Shown one piece after another: positions 19,600 through 22,646 of a DNA stretch of 22,646 nt. A program made the position numbers and the translations under genes. The first letter of the stretch is position 1. Every line of letters starts with the position of its first letter. Origin of the DNA: Chiloscyllium plagiosum (taxonomy: Eukaryota); contig NC_057728.1 in assembly GCF_004010195.1 (NCBI RefSeq), positions 42,909,552 to 42,932,197 on the forward strand. Direction: 5' to 3'. Under the pieces are notes generated by a model that made no database searches, had not been told where the DNA came from, and was given only the letters and a program-made list of their open reading frames with translations.

Positions 19600-21681
19600 A
19601 ACAATTGGCATGTGAATAAGAACAAGAGGTTAGAAACAGAAGGGGAGAGGTCACCCTGTTGGGAGTTTTGTATAGGCCTCCAAATTGTTCCAGGGATATA
19701 GAGGCAAGGATAGCAAAGATGACTTTCAAAAGGAGTGAGAGTAACAGGGTAGTTGTTATGGAGGACTTTAACTTCCCGAATATTGACTGGGGATACTATA
19801 GGTCAAGTAGTTTAGATGGGTCTGTTTTTGTTCAGTGTGTGCAGGAGGTTTTCTGACACAGTATGTAGACAGGCCAACAAGGAGTGATGCCATATTGGAT
19901 TTGGTACTGGGGAATGAACCCAACCAGGTGTCAGATTTGGAAGTAGGTGAGCACTTTGTCGATAGTGACCACAATTTGGTTATGCTTACAATAGCAATGG
20001 GCAGGGGTAGGTATAAACTGCAGGGAAAGAGGTATAAATGGGGGATAGTCAATTATGATGCGATTAGGCAAGATTGAGGATGCAGAGGATGGGGAAGGAA
20101 ACTGCAGGGGATGGACACACTTGAAATGAGGAGCTTATTCAAGAAACAGATTCTGCTGGTCATTGATAAGTATATACCTATCAGGCAAGGGAGGTAGTTG
20201 TCAAGAGAGGGAGCCATGGTTTATTAAAGAATCTGCAGCTCTTGTCAAGAGAAAAAAGAAGGCTTATGTGAAGATGAGGCATGGAGGCTCAGTTAGGAGG
20301 GGTTGACAGTTATAGGTTATCCAGAAAAGATCGAAAGAGAGGGCTAAGAAGAGCCAGGAGGAGACATGAGAGGTTGTTGGCAGATAAGATCAGGGAAAAC
20401 CCTAAGGCCTTCTATAGATATATCAGGAATAAAAGAATGACTAGAGTAAAGTTAGGACCAATTAAAGATAATAGTGGGAAGTTGTGTGTGGAATCTGCAG
20501 ACACAGGGAGAGCGCTTAATGAATACTTTTCGTCAGTATTCACATTGGAAAGGGCAATGTTAGTGAGAATATGGAGATACAGGCTACTAGATTAGATGGG
20601 ATTGTAGTTGACAATGAGGAGGTTTTAGCAATTTTGGAAGATCTGAAAATAGATAAGACCCCTGGGCTGAATGGGATTTATACTAGGATTCTCTGGGAAG
20701 CCAGGGAGGAGATTGCAGAGCCTTTGGCTTTGACCTTTATGTCATCATTGTCAACAGGAGTAGTGCCAGAAGACTGGAGGATAGCAAATGTTGTTCCCTT
20801 GTTTAAGAAAGGGAATCAGGACAGCCCTGGTAATTATAGGCCAGTGAGCCTTACTTCGGTTGTGGGTAAGGTGTTGGAAAAGTTATAAGAGAAAGGATTT
20901 ATAATCATCTTGAAAAGAATAATTTGATTAGGGATAGTCATAACGGTTTTGTGAAGGGTAGGTTGTGCCTAACTCACCTAATTGTGTTCTTCAAGAAGGT
21001 GACAAAACAGGTGGGTGAAGGTAAAGCGGTTGATGTATTGTATATGGATTTTAGTAAGGCATTTGATAAGGTTCCACACAGTAGGCTATTTCACAAAATA
21101 TAGAGTTTCGGGATTTAAGGTGATTTATCGGTTTGGATCAGAAACTGGCTAGCTGAAGGAAGACAGGGTGGTGCTTCATGGGAAATGTTTATCCTGGAGC
21201 TCAGTTACCAATGGATCTGTTTTGGGGCCACTGCTGTTTGTCATTTTTATGAATGATGTGGAGGTGGACATAGAAGGATGGGTTAGTAAATTTGCGGATG
21301 ACACTAAGGTAGGCAGAGTTGTGGATAATGCCAAAGAATGTTGTGGGTTACAGGGCGATATAGATAAAATGCAGAGCTGGGCAGAGAAGTGACAAATGGA
21401 CTTTAATGCAGAAAAATGTGAGGTAGTTCACTTAGAAGAAGTAACAGAATGCAGAGTACTAGGCTAATGGTAAAACTCTTGGCAGTGTAGATGAACAGAG
21501 AGATCTTAGTGTCCAAGTGCATAAATTCCTGGAAGTTGCCACCCAGGTTGAAAGGGTTATTAAGAATGCATATGGTGCGTTGGCGTTTATTGGTAGGGGG
21601 ATCGAGTTTCGGAGCCACGAGGTCATGCTTCAGCTGAACAAGACACTGGTAAGGCTGCACCTGGAGTATTGCGTACAGTTC
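19600..21681 (+). mobile_element. CR1 LINE ORF2 (APE endonuclease + reverse transcriptase), pseudogenised; truncated at LEYCVQF
   Basis: GVLYRPPN, EDFNFPNIDW, LDLVLGN, SDHN, NPKAFYRYI, PEDWRIANVVPLFKKG, NYRPVSLTSVVGKVLE, YMDFSKAFDKVPH, GSVLGPLLF, KFADDTK, spread over several frames with stops. Confidence 0.93.
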
Positions 21682-22646
21682 GGCTGAACAGGTAAGCTAC
21701 TTAGTGTTCTTGTTTTGGAGACTAAGTGTAGAGTTATGGCAGCTCAGGCAGTGGAATGTTCCTCCTGCAGGATGTTTGAGGTAGGGGCAACCACCGATGC
21801 TCCTGCCGACTTCATCTGCAGGAAATGCGGCCAGCTCAAGCTCCTCACAGACCGTTAGGGAACTGGAGCTGGAGTTGGATGAACTGAGGATTATTTGAGA
21901 GGCTGAGAGGGTGATAGATAGAAGCTACAGGGACATAGTTACGCCAGAGAACAGAGGTAGCTGGGTAATAGTTAGAGGTGAGAAGGGGAGGAAGGAGGCA
22001 GTGCAGGGATCCCCTGTGGTCGTTCCCCTCAACAATAAATATACCACTTTGGATACTGTTGGGGGGGTCGGCCTAGCAGGGGTAAGCTGCAGTGACCGGG
22101 TCTCTGGCATGAGGTCCAGCTCTGAGGCTCAGAAGGGAAAGGGAGAGAGGAGGAGAGCGTTAGTTATAGGAGACTGTATAGTTAGAGGGACAGACAGGCG
22201 GTTCTGTGCACATTGGCACCAACGACATCAGTAGGAAGAGGGGTGGGGAGGTCATTCAGGAGCTCAGGGAGTTAGGCTGGAAGCTAAAAACTAGGACGGA
22301 CAGAGTCGTCATCTCTGGGTTGTTGCCGGTGCCACGTGACAGTGAGGCAAGGAATAGGGAGAGAGTGCAGTTGAACACGTGGCTGCAAGGATGGTGTAGG
22401 AGGGAGGGCTTCAGGTATTTGGACAATTGGACTGCATTCTGGGGAAGGTGGGACCTGTACAAACAGGACGGGTTGCACCTGAACCAGAAGGGCACCAATA
22501 TCCTGGGAGGTAGGTTTGCTAGCACTCTGCGGGGGGGTTTAAACTAATTTGGCAGGGGAATGGGATCCGGACTTGTAGTCCAGCAAGTAGGCTAGCTGTT
22601 TGTCAGCATGTCCAAGAATGTAGGGAGGCTGTGAAGAAGGTAGCAC
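21682..22646 (+). mobile_element. Second CR1 LINE, 5' part: short 5' UTR and disrupted ORF1 (21736..22547; Cys motif + SGNH esterase); continues beyond the window
   Basis: ATG at 21736: MAAQAVECSSCRM...CRKC. Esterase blocks VIGDCIVRG, HIGTNDI and DGLHLN. Contains a frameshift, a stop and an internal deletion. Confidence 0.9.

Noticed and set aside
21670..21700. Insertions at 14339 and 21682 both hit the CR1 LEYC.QFWSPY motif; a CAG|GTAAG donor lies in the CR1 5' UTR
   Set aside because: Two events by different element classes at non-identical positions do not show targeting, and nothing supports use of the donor.

Overview
Eukaryotic (vertebrate) DNA, very probably from a shark, inferred from the repeat repertoire: an HE1-type V-SINE, CR1, L2/Crack-like, Rex1/Babar and Penelope elements. 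The only host gene is a complete three-exon myogenic factor 6 gene (MYF6/MRF4) on the + strand: CDS join(10747..11271,11375..11471,11852..11967), 245 aa. It sits in a CpG-rich, repeat-free island (~9.75-12.8 kb) flanked on both sides by decayed and often nested retroelements. The most notable non-genic signals are: (1) five minimal hammerhead-ribozyme-type motifs belonging to two Penelope-like families, two of them at the fold-back centre of short TSD-bounded hairpin elements; (2) a ~150-bp piece of MYF6 upstream DNA copied into the Penelope terminal repeat; (3) a strong in-frame cryptic splice donor in MYF6 exon 1; (4) a TATA/MEF2-like promoter element apparently split by an (ATGT)n microsatellite. 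No MYF5 exon is visible in the 10.7 kb downstream. All repeat family names come from motif recognition, not database searches, and repeat boundaries are approximate unless a TSD is given.
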